64,000 bases of DNA from Macrostomum lignano (Eukaryota). The position numbers and the translations under genes were made by a program. Shown here piece by piece: positions 1 to 11,300 of the stretch (position 1 is its first letter; every line of letters begins with the position of its first letter). A model generated the notes under the pieces. The model did no database searches. It saw nothing but the letters and a program-made list of their open reading frames with translations, and was not told the DNA's origin. Location of the stretch: NCBI GenBank assembly GCA_002269645.1, contig NIVC01003832.1, positions 1 to 64,000 of the forward strand, written 5' to 3'.

Positions 1-171
1 GTTTAGACAGGCAGTCAAAATTTATTAGCATATTGCAGGGCTAAAGACAAAAAAATGGTTATGAGTCTTAATTTCCTACTTATAGTAGGGCCTAAGAGGT
101 AAAAATGTATTTCGCATTAAACAAATCTCTTCTTCATATAAAATCTGGTGTAGCTTTTTTCCATTTCTCTT

Positions 172-375
172 ATTTACTTGTTTAAAGGGATAAAAACTGG
201 GTAAATTTCATGCCCTGTTCAAAATTCATTAGACAGCAGTCTAAGCACTTAGATACAAAATGGCTAGATTACTAGAGACTAATTTACTTGTTTAAAGGGA
301 TAAAAACTGGGTAAATTTCATGCCCTGTTCAAAATTCATTAGACAGCAGTCTAAGCACTTAGATACAAAATGGCT
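172..375 (+). repeat. 94-bp direct duplication (172-265 and 282-375)
   Basis: atttacttgtttaaagggat...gatacaaaatggct occurs twice with a 110-bp period; the second copy runs into the ATG of the decayed PHD-like ORF. Confidence 0.9.
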
Positions 376-1035
376 GCTGCATATCCATGTGTGGTCTGTC
401 TGCAGCCAGTTTGCGATGGACAAGACGCAACTGAGTGTTCTCAATGCTTGAATTGCAGCACCGTGCATGTGATAGTCGCGTCACAATCGATCAGTATTCT
501 GCAATGAGAAATGTCGGTGAGTTTTTCTGGCTTTGCAATCAATGCAATAGACGGGCTCCTGCAGGTAACTTAGCAGTGTCTCAAGCTGCAGGTGCTGCAG
601 TGGTACAATGTACAAGCCCCGAATTCTGGACCAGCGGCTGTTCCTCTGCCTGCTGAAAATCCAGAACCAGTGCATTTGAGTCTGCACAAGCAGAAAATTT
701 TCTTTACCAGTATCTAGATTTCAATGACCCTGATCCAGCTCTGGAAGAATCCATTCAAATTCCTCCAGCAGAGCTTGCACCGCCCTGCAGCCCACCTCCC
801 GGCCCCTTGAGATTCTTACAGGTGCAGGATGCAGTCACGGAAAAGACCTTCTAGTGCAGTATACCCAACGAGACCTTGGCCATCTGATGGATGAAAAAAT
901 GCGGCGAAATGGCAACACGTACTATCGCTGCACTAAGCGTTTATCACTGCATGCACTGTCATGGCTCTGCAGTCCGCCGTGCTGATGGAACCATAGAAGC
1001 CCTTGCTCCGCACACGTGCGATCCAGTAGATTGGC
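370..1035 (+). pseudogene. Decayed PHD-finger plus FLYWCH-like zinc-finger fragment, probably a Mutator-like transposon remnant
   Basis: ATG at 370 gives MAAAYPCVVCLQPVCDGQDATECSQCLN; a one-base frame change continues QHRACDSRV...FWLCNQC (C4-H-C3 PHD pattern). Around 899-1030, two frames give RRNGNTYYRCTKR and CHGSAVRRADGTIEALAPHTCDP (FLYWCH/WRKY-like spacing). Stops and frameshifts are present. The transposon assignment is inference. Confidence 0.5.
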
Positions 1036-2227
1036 AGCTCAGAAGAGAAAGGCAGCAAAGGAGGTAAAGGAGGGAGCAAAGCGCATGTTGTCATCTATCC
1101 ATGCCACCCGTACCTTATTGCCATATTAGATCATAACGAGTTAAAAAGCCAAAAAATCCGCACTTACTTATTTGCTGCACTCAATATAGCCCTGGAGCAT
1201 ATTTAAGAATCACTGTGCACATTTCTTGCCAGATATTACACTTTGTTTTACGCTCAAATTTGGGATGGGGGGTTCATTGCGTCGCACTTACAGAGCAAGC
1301 AGCCTTTACTTGGGCTAGTCACTGCATGTATGTGTGACTCAGTGCACTTCTGCCTCCGTAATTCATCATCATCCCATCATCCCCATCATTATGCATGATA
1401 TTATATGAGCTACGTATACGAGCTATTAAAATGCAGATATGGGATACCTTTTGCACCCACGTTCGCAGAACAGGCCTGATGAAAGATTTCATAGAAAAAC
1501 AATTTATTCATTGCTACAAGCTGTTGTCAATCCGTTGGTATCTAGAAATAATATGAAATATCGTAAATGGGTGGCAACTGATGCAGTTTTTTATTTTTGA
1601 TTTCCACTTCTATTCAGTTTACATACGAGCCGTATTCTGTTGTTTAAGTTGAATACAAAAGGTAGGCGGGGTTGCTGTCAATTCAAGCTTGAATGAGCAG
1701 AGTTAATTTATGGTCAAACAGTCCTCACACTGCTCCCCTAGTGGTGGTGATGCCTCATGGATCGTTACACTCAAGCCAACCCTAGAGCAACATTTTTTTC
1801 AATCTTGGCCTATACTGATACGATACGATTGGAAGTCATAAATAGTCTAAATAACTGACTGGCTTGCGTGGAGATAAAAATCTATCTATATAAAACAGCT
1901 CACCTCAAATCAGCCATATCGTTATTTTTCGTTGCAATCTTTTTTCAGTTTTAACATTTTTAGCCAACTGCTATGGTTGGTAACCATGATAACAATTAGG
2001 CTCGTAAATAAATAACTCAATATAGTGTCTTTGCATGCAGCACTTAGCATGAAGCCTCAGATTTATTTATGTAAATATCATTTGTACTCTTTATGCACTG
2101 CGGCAAATTTGCACAGATATGAGATGCATGTATTTTTCAGTAAGTACTGATACCCAAGAAACGCAAAGCTTCAATCAAAGTCTGACAATTCTGAAATCTC
2201 GTCAAAATAAGCCAAACCTCTAAATAC

Positions 2228-2844
2228 ATGTACAGATACAAGTCTGATGCAAACAGAAGAGAGAAGAGATCAGATAGGAGAGATGAAAGAGGAGAAAGGA
2301 GAGATGAGAAAGCAGAGATGAGAAATGAGACAGTAGAGCTAGAACAGAGGAGAGAGGAAAGGGAAGAGATTATAGAGACGAGTGGAGAGAGAAGAGAAAT
2401 ATGTGAGAGCAGACATGAGAGACAATCTAGGAGCATAGGAGAAAGGAGAATAAAGGGGGAGAATCGAGAAGACAGGAAGAGAGGGAAAGGAGAGAAGAGA
2501 GATGAGAGGAAATAGAAGAATGGAGAAAGGAGAGAGTAGAAAGGAGAAGAGAGATGGGAGAGCAGGAGAGATGAGAGATGAGAGGGAGGAGAGAGTAGAG
2601 AGGGGAGGTGAAAGAGTAAAGGGAAGAAAGTTGAGAGAAGAGTTGGGAGAGTTGGGAAAAAAGAGGAGAGATGTTAAAGGAGAGTACAGATGAGAGATGA
2701 GAGAGAGGAGATAAGACAGGAAGTAAAAGAAGAGAAGAGAGAGAGAGAAGAGAGAGAGAGAGGAAACGAAAGAGAAGATAGAAGTTTCAAAGGATCCGAG
2801 GGACATAGAGAGAGACAGCAGGCCAGAGATTTTGCAGATACATG
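2228..2844. mobile_element. Degenerate copy of a GA-satellite-containing hAT-type MITE
   Basis: GA-rich block ends in gaagtttcaaaggatccgaggg...ggccagag (2781-2828), matching the reverse complement of the left subterminal region of the 27807-28843 element. Confidence 0.5.
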
Positions 2845-2914
2845 TTTTCGAAAGACAAGTTTTTGTTTGAGTATGACTTCAGATTTTAGAACTAGATATA
2901 AGCTGAGCTGAGAG

Positions 2915-3122
2915 AGAAGATGAAAGTAGAGGCTGAGAGTAGAGAGAGGCTGAGAGCAGAGAGGGGCTAAGAGCAGAGAGGGGCTGAGAGTAGAGAAGGG
3001 CTGGGGATAGAGGTTGAGAGTGGATAGAGGCTGAGAGTAGAGAGAGGCTAAGAGTGGAGAGGCTGAGAATAGAGGTTGAGAGTAGATAGAGGCTGAGAGT
3101 GGAGAGGTTGAGAGTAAAGAGG
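2915..3122. repeat. Short-period purine-rich tandem repeat (gagagtagagaggct-like)
   Basis: Repeated (g)gctgagagtaga(g/t)a units visible directly. Confidence 0.75.
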
Positions 3123-3201
3123 CTAGTTCACGTTGTTCTCAATCCCATTCCACTATACATGTAGTTTTTATCTAATGTGACTAAGCCAGGTACTTTTAGT
3201 G

Positions 3202-3842
3202 CAGGGGTTGGCAAACTTTTTACCTCAATTGAGAACCCAGCTCATGACTGCCCTTCTAGTGGCCGCTTCGTTGGCCCCCAAAGCGAAGCGAGGAGTCCTG
3301 ATGACAGAGTGGGCCAGAGGTGAGGAGAGAGGGTAAGGAATAGAGAAGAGAAATACAAGCATAGGATAAAGGAGGGGCGAAGGAATAAAGGAGAAGAGAG
3401 TTGATGAGAGGAGAGATTAAATACAAGCAGAGAGAGAGGAGAAGGGAGACTAATGGAGAGGAGAAAGGAGGAAAGGGAGAAAAGAATGAAGAGGAAAAGG
3501 AAGATGAGAGCAAAGAGGTGAGGAGAGAGGAGAGGAGAGAGGAGAGGAGAGAAGTGAGGAGAGGAGAGAGGAGAGGGCAGAGATGAGAGAGAGAATAGAT
3601 GAGAGAGAGAGGGCAAGAGATGAGAGGAGAGGGCAGAGATGAGAGAGAGAAAGATGATATGGGAGAGGGCAGAGATGAGAGAAAAAAGAGAGAAGAGGGC
3701 AGACATGAGAGAGAATAGATGAGAGAGGAGAGGGCAAAGATGAGAGAGAGAAAAGATTAGAGACGAGAAGGCAGAGATGACAGAGAAAAGATAAGAGATG
3801 AGAGTGCAGATATGAGAGAAAAGATGAGAGACAAGAGGGCAC
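3202..3842. mobile_element. One-ended copy of the GA-satellite hAT-type MITE
   Basis: Starts caggggttggcaaacttt, then attgagaacccagctcatgactgc and ccagaggtgaggagagggtaaggaatagagaagaga, matching the reverse complement of the right end of 27807-28843; followed by GA-rich filler. No second terminus seen. Confidence 0.6.
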
Positions 3843-4817
3843 TCTAATTTTTGCTTACTTCTATCATAACTAATACCTTTACCCTCTACCTTTAACTTTT
3901 AACATATACAAACAACATGTCAGTTTTAGTATATTGAGATAGGTTTGAAACTATTATCTATGATACAAAAATCAAATGTCTTGTGCTAGTAGTGCTACTA
4001 GCTTTAGTAGGTAGTAATACCTGCTGTAAAGGGAAGTGTTTTATGTTTTACTTAGTCTAATTTCACTAACAAAATCTGTTTTCTCCGAGACTTGAAGCTA
4101 GGTCATACCCCACCCCAATCACAGCCAATAGGAAATGAGGAAATATATAAACCTATTCCTATCCAAGCAGCCATTCAGAGCTGTGGCCATCTTGGTGTGT
4201 GGCCATCTTGGTCATGCGCCGATTTTAGGCCTCAGAGTTCAAAAGTCCTCCCTACTATAAAATATATAATGACATCCCCGCTTCTCTCCCTTTCTCTTCT
4301 CTCGATTTGGCTTTCTCTTTAAACTTTAGATTTAGGCCTACTCTTTAAACTTTAGATTTTGCAATACAAACTATAAAAGATATTTAGACTTTTAGTCCTT
4401 CCTAATGCCTAGGGTTTGCTTTCTTTATCTTAGATAAAAGAAAACTCATTTATGTACATGTACATTCCTAAAAAAAATTGAATCTTACCAAGTATTGCAT
4501 ATCATAAAGATTATAATACATTTTAATGAAAATAATATTGTCAAACAATATCTGTGACTAGACCTAAAATGTAAAAAAAGTGACAAAATTTGGCCAATTA
4601 GACAGGCCATTAATATAAAGTTGGTGTGAAAACATACCAACTGTTTGGTATGTCTTGGTCTGTTGTATGTATGTTGGTAGTATGTTGGTCTTGAAATTAA
4701 ATCTTGTTAACAAATTGTCATTAGAGAAATAAAAATAGTTCTTGAAGAATCATGGCGACGGCCGCAGCACTAGCTAGGATCTGGGATGATGAACATTAAT
4801 CTATTAATATAGGCCCC

Positions 4818-4974
4818 TATTGCTATTACCAATTGACGGCGATCCTGAAGATTCCCGCGTTTAATTATTTTACGGAATTATTTCGCCCTCTATTCAAGGG
4901 TGGTGGGGGGTGGGGGTTATAATTAAACGCGGGAAACTGAGAAATCGCCCCAATTGACATGTGATATGGCAATA
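4818..4974. mobile_element. Short foldback / MITE-like inverted repeat
   Basis: ttcccgcgtttaattat (4852-4868) is the exact reverse complement of ataattaaacgcgggaa (4919-4935); imperfect pairing extends out to tattgc/gcaata. Confidence 0.55.
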
Positions 4975-6090
4975 CTTGTATCGCTATAGAATTAAACCAA
5001 TTGCATGCACCACATATAAAAAGGATAAATTTCAAATATTAGTATGTGCTGGGTTTATAGGATAATACTACTCTACTTTCTATTACTAGTCTTGTGCCTT
5101 GTAAAAGGAACAATAAGCTCGTATTAAAATGCAGAAATCTGGTTTTGCTTTCTTGGAAACATGTGACCAGCTGTGATTATGCACTTTTGTATTAAACATT
5201 ATAACTTATTATACCCCTTTTCATGGTTTAAAAGTTAAGTTTTCTTCTAACTTTAACCCAACGTTCTAGTTTTCTTTAAAGATTTTTTTAAACTTCATTA
5301 TTTAAAATGGCAATTTACGACTTTTCAAATATTATAAAATAAAGGTCACATGTATTTTGTATGCATGCAATTCAATTCAATATGAGAATCGTTATCCCCA
5401 ATTTGCGAATTCCACACAACATATATTTCATCAATGTAACTTCTCATGTTGATTGCAATCATTCGCCACATTAATAGTAAGTTTGTGCGTGAGAAAGCTA
5501 GGGCCGTGTACCTATAGTGCCGGATGGGGATAATGCATTGGCGGCTATTGCTACAGGCCGAAACTATGTACCACATTGACACTCTAAATAAAATTAACCT
5601 GAACCTGAGAAAGTCAACATTCCTAGAAACATTATGCAGTGCAAATTATATTGGGTTTAATCATTTCGTCATTGTGCAGTCTAGTCATGTACGTAAATTT
5701 AAAAAAAATATTTTATTCCACCTGTACCTATAGCCACCGTTACATACATACATGCACATACGCGCTCAAAGGCATCGGTGTGCAGTGGCTTGATCTTCTT
5801 GTTGATACAGGCATTCCGTTTAAATGGCATATTACAACTACAAATTACAATTCAAACAGTTTGCTTTAGGGAGTCAGGAATGCAACTTTTGAACTTTACA
5901 GCATGATTAACCAAAAGCATGTTTACTATATTGGATTGTACAGAAAAAAATCGGGGTTAGAATGTCGCTGAATCAATGTGCAGACACGCAGACCAAACAC
6001 AAGTAGATAGCTTCGCGTTTATTTTACGAGTTACCTGTATGCAAAGTACATGTAGCAGTTCAGTCTGCTTTTAGATGCGCTGCTCGTCAA

Positions 6091-7178
6091 TCAGTAGGTC
6101 ATATCATGGACGTGATGGGGTTCCTGGCTATAGGCAGTGCATTTTGCCGAGCAGTCGGGCGGTGAGACCACTGGACTTCGTCGTCCTCGCATAGCCGTGA
6201 CGCATCGCCACAAACAGCAGCCGTTACGCGCTCCGCTGGAAGAGCCGCATGCACTACTAAAGAACTGAACTGCACAGGTGCGAAACCGCTGACTAGCCAA
6301 ATAGCTGAGACCGTTGCAAGCAAAGTTCAGGTACATTATTGAATTTAGGAAGCCAAATAATACCCTGTGACTGTTAGGCTCCCCGCCAATACTGACCATG
6401 ACCAACTGGTAGACACCCACAGGCAGGTAGGTGATTAAGAAGCTGAAGTTCATCAGCAGAAGAGTGCGAGACACGCGCTGAGTAGTGCGTGTCCGTCCCG
6501 TGGGCCGTCGACAGTACAGCACGCCCGAGATGCACACGGTGCCGAATAGCAGAAAGGCAAATATGCACAGATTAGACAAAACTGTCTGGTAATAATAGAA
6601 TGCTTTGGTGATGGGACTGTCAAAGCTCGTTAGGTTGCAGGGCGCATTCGAGTCCGGTTGATAGTCCACCAGCACGATGCGAAATACCGGAAAAGTTAGT
6701 GCCACGCAGGTGAGCACAACTAGTACAGCAATTGAGACTCGCACAGATGGCCGACGAATAGGAAATAGAGTGATGAGCAGTCGTTGCAAGGTGAGGCCGG
6801 CTAGGTAGAACGGACATCCGCAGAGAAAGTAGTAAGTGATGGCCATGTACGCTTGCAGGCCAGGAGGCTGGAGTTCTTCAACGAACCTCGTTGGTAAGGC
6901 CACCAGTCTGCATTGTAGCTGGCCAACTCCTCCAGGTAATGGGTTGTAGCCTTCAACAGAAGAGCGAGGAGGTCGTTGAAACTGATCCAGAGCATGAAGG
7001 CGCTGGCTGAGGGAGGAAATACCTTCTGTTTGAGCATGACCACGATGCAGACTGTATTGAGGGCGGAACCCAGAATGATCAGGATGGGGAAGGCGATGAG
7101 ATGCGAGTAGAAGTGCAGCTGCACAGCCAGGTTGTTGTCCAAGTCGTACTGGCTGCTCATTCTGGCTTCTGAGAACAT
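6091..7178 (-). CDS. Rhodopsin-family (class A) GPCR, intronless, one frameshift at about 6851-6852
   Basis: Upstream frame gives TM1 (ILGSALNTVCIVVM), TM2 (LWISFNDLLALLL) and SLLACK. The adjacent frame continues AYMAITYY...LTLQRLLITLFP (TM3), then TM4-7 with an ECL2 Cys (APCN) and MYLNFACNGLSY. Start at 7178 or 7160 is uncertain. Confidence 0.8.
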
Positions 7179-10123
7179 GGACGATTTCAAGACGTTCCTG
7201 GCATTGGCGATAGATGAAAACGGGTCTTTTGTGGCTGCATGGAACGCGAAATCGCAGCGTCGTTGCATTTTATTTAGTTTACCCATCGATAACCTAGCTT
7301 ATCTATTCTTGTTCGCCGTTTTGTCGCTTAAGTTTGCAATAATTTCTGACTGGTGGCAGCAAATCCAGAGTTGGATTAGTCATATAAGCTTATCTGCTTT
7401 CGCGGGTCACCTGGACGCTGTGCAAATAACAATCACTTCAGGACTGCACGCATCTATTATTTAGGGCCCATCGAAGCGTGAGCTTTCCAAAATTGATAGT
7501 TCCACATGTGCCACGAGGCTGGTGCGTGAAATCTGCGGCCCTCCAAAGTCGAATTGGTGTCTTTATGAAGTTTTGCATTACCTGTGTTACGAGTGTGTCG
7601 TTTTAAGACATTTACTAGTGCGAGTTTATGAAATAAGAGCTACAGTAAAAGTAGCTCGATGACGAACGAGACCAAGGAGGGATTTGATCGCCACGCTGGC
7701 TAAGCGACCTGTGATGACTTTTGCATGTCAGGCCTAATTGTCGTTCTATGCGACAACCATTGTACAGGAGGACAGGGATTCAAGTTCGTTGTGTATAATT
7801 GAATGTGCTCCTACAATATGCGAGCCTTTATTAGCTAACAAATGGAACTCTTTTCCATAGGAAAAAGCAGGTTCTTAGCTACTCTTATTTCGAAGTTGGT
7901 ATATCAAGGCTGGATATAAAAACCAGAAAAAGCTTCACCTGGCTAATCGAGAAAATCAAGTATTCGCAACATTATAAATTTAAAGAACATTCGCATACAT
8001 GTACACCGCCCCAGGTCAAGGGTTCGAGCTTCCTAAAGGCTAAAAGCTTCGGAAATTTTTCCGAAGTATGACGATGCGAGGAAATTTTCCAGTAGAAACT
8101 GCGGATCCCCGATCCCCTGCGCCGGTCTTTTTGTGTCTTCTTCAAAGCAGAAGCAACAAGGAAATAGGCTGGCAAAGAAGAAGTCAGAAGTACTCGTTAG
8201 CTAAACTGTAACAGAAGTGTCAATATTCTTCAGCATTGAGCTGCATTCATCCACCGTGGAATCAAATTCTATACGTATAGAGAAAAACCAAAATATTCTA
8301 TCAGTGCATCAGTGCAGTAGTCTGGTACCCCAGCTAGCAGTTGCAGTGTACCACCTGCACAGATGTCAACAATATGACTGCGGTTAAGTTGCACTCGTAA
8401 CTGAAATTGCTATTATTGTTGAATTAAATAAATGCGGATACTTGCGATAATACGAGTACAAGAGGTAGAATTTTGCAAGCTGCATGTAGTGGAGCTTACG
8501 AACAATCGAATGAATCCAATATAGAAAAAGTGCATGCACTTTTATCCTCTATGCTTGTTATTGTCTATGGTAAAAACTGAGTCAAATCTTCAAGCGCACG
8601 TTTAAGCACCTTCTGTGCATCTTCTCTGATTTCCAGCTTAAATGTGTGCCTAAAGGATTCATTCGCTTGACAATTTGACACCGTTTTTACCATGGAAAAC
8701 TGGCAAGGCGGGTACGAACGCATGCACTTTTTCTAAATTGGATTCATTTGTTTGTCCATAAGCTCTACTAGCTTGCAAAATGCTATACAGCTGGGTGGTG
8801 CTACATGTATTTATTGTTGTATACACTTCCCTGTACTAGTTCACGGATTTCTGATGGACTCAGACCATTGCACTGCAGAGAGAGTTCTCGTATATTCAAC
8901 AGAATATTTTGGCGTTCTGGATGTTTCTAAGCCCCTTACAAGCAGACCAGCTATTTTTAAGACTTAGGATTTTAATCCAACAGCCAAGCAGAGTCTGCTC
9001 TCCAATACTGTGGTCGAATATTCCTACCAATGTCCCAATCATCGATGCTTCTCCCCTGCTGCGCCCAGAAAGGAAGTCGAAGGCTGCCCCTTGGGGACGG
9101 GCCAATGCCATGGGCACAGTAGCGTGGGGGGGGGGGGCAGAGCAGAAGGCTTTCACGCATCGAAGAACTCGGCATATTTTCTGAGGCTCCGTTCGGCTCT
9201 GCAGCGCTTGGCTGCAGATTCTGGGTTCAAGTGCTGCCCCGCAAGTCAGTTGTATTGTTTTATAAGCAAGAGATTTGGGTAATGTGTATTTATTTTTTGG
9301 TAACCAATGCTTTTTCTTCTTTTGAATTGTACAGCGACATGTTTCTTTCTGGAAAATGTGAAAACCGATAAGCACTAAGGTTATTGGTTCGGTGGAGCAG
9401 CAGATGAGATTTAAAATATTAGAAGGGGCGGTCACAAAAACTATTGCTGCTTACAACTGCATCAGGGTAAGAAGAGAAGATTAAAACAAGGAGCTGCTTT
9501 GATTGACTTCAAAGGAGTACATACGGGTACTAAGGTAGATTTGCTCGATTCCAGAAAAGTGACAGCAAAATGAAATTGATAGGATAGAAAGCTGACAATG
9601 TTAAATAAGCTGCATTATAAATATCTGAGTACTTTTTCAGATAGTAAATATAGAGTGCACAGCAATTTTCGCCAGTCCAGTTTACTCGTGTGACTGTACT
9701 CACTCACGTGTTTTTCGGTTTGTTGTATGCAAAAATTGTTAACATCGGTTAATCAATGATTTTATGAATAGTTTGAAACTTTGCCCGAGAAAATATAATT
9801 AGTTAAGATGTCCAGACCAAGGACGACTAAGTATCGTTAAATTAAGTAGTCCTTGGATCAGACGGCTACTATACCATTGCTATAAAAAAACACATCAGGA
9901 TATGCATGTGCAGAAAAGTATCTTGTTCCGACAAGAATACAGATATCTAAATAGATGATCGTTCTTCCAGCTTCTCTATCTCATCATCATTGTCATTTTA
10001 AAAATAATTTTAAGTCAGAATGACGAGCTCAATGCGAATGGAAATTATCAGCAACTGAAACGCTTTGCCTTTAGCACATTTTTCAATTTCTGCTGTTTTC
10101 TTTCGTTATTTTTCTGGTTGTAA

Positions 10124-10806
10124 ATTGGGTTGGCTGTGGGTGTGCACAGGATAGAGTGAGGTGGGGTTTGGGGGTAGGAGACGATGAACGTTTGATTGGG
10201 TTGGCTGTGGGAGTGTACACAGGATAGAGTGAGGTGGGGTTTGGGGGTAGGAGACGGTGAAAGTTTGATTGGGTTGGCTGTGGGAGTGTACACAGGATAG
10301 AGTGAGGTGGGGTTTGGGGTAGGAGACGGTGAACGTTTGATTGGGTTGGCTGTGGGAGTGTACACAGGATAGAGTGAGGTGGGGTTTGGGGGTAGGAGAC
10401 GGTGAACGTTTGATTGGGTTGGCTGTGGGAGTGTACACAGGATAGAGTGAGGTGGGGTTTGGGGGTAGGAGACGGTGAACGTTTGATTGGGTTGGCTGTG
10501 GGAGTGTACACAGGATAGAGTGAGGTGGGGTTTGGGGGTAGGAGACGGTGAACGTTTGATTGGGTTGGCTGTGGGAGTGTACACAGGATAGAGTGAGGTG
10601 GGGGTCTGAGGGTAGGAGACGATGAACGTTGGATTGGGTTGGCTGTGGGAGCAGAATAGAGTGAGGTGGTGGTCTGAGGGTAGGAGACGATGAACGTTGG
10701 ATTAGGTTGGCTGTGGGAGTGTACACAGAATAGAGTGAGGTGGGGGTTGTGGGGTAAGAAGAGACGGCGAACCTTGGATTGGGTGGCTGTGGGAGTGCAC
10801 ACAGGG
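10124..10806. repeat. About 73-bp minisatellite, about 9 copies
   Basis: Unit ggctgtgggagtgtacacaggatagagtgaggtggggtttgggggtaggagacggtgaacgtttgattgggtt (starts at 10203 and 10276). Confidence 0.95.
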
Positions 10807-11300
10807 ATGGAGTGTGGTTGACTTTAACAAGTGGAAAGGAATTGCATAAAAGTGGAACAACTGAGTTTACAAAGTTTGACTTTTTTGGTTGTTATTATTC
10901 CTATTTCAGAGATAAAATATACGTATAAGCGAGTGGCTCGCTTCCTTGTTCTTAAAAAAATTAACTTATTGACGACTCAGAGGTGGAGAAGCTTAACGTT
11001 CGTAAGTTGCAATCGGCTTGCCGATCACCAGAATCGTGGATTCGGGTTCATTGGATCAGACAATTCATGATGAGAGCATCAGAATGGGGGGGGGCAAGTA
11101 AGCATTTTGCTGTGAAGCGAAGGATGTACTTTTGATGAGGTGGCGAATTCAGTTCCGTCGCTATTTAACATGCATACATTTGGTGGCCCCCCACGGTGCA
11201 AAACAGTTGTGAATTTACACGATTATTAAGGTTCATCTGCGTTCGTTTTTAACACAGCTCGCTCGTCAACTGCGCTGAGATTCGCCTTCAGGCCCGGCCA

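Noticed and set aside
1476-1500. ctgatga...gaaa resembling another hammerhead core
   Set aside because: No stem II pairing between the core motifs.
5524-5733. HWRLLL...YHIDTL, loosely like a Ulp1/C48 protease motif
   Set aside because: Too short, no catalytic Cys region found and surrounded by stops.
8170-8700. Protein-like but stop-interrupted minus-strand frame (MVKTVSNCQANESF...)
   Set aside because: No recognisable family; needs a translated search.
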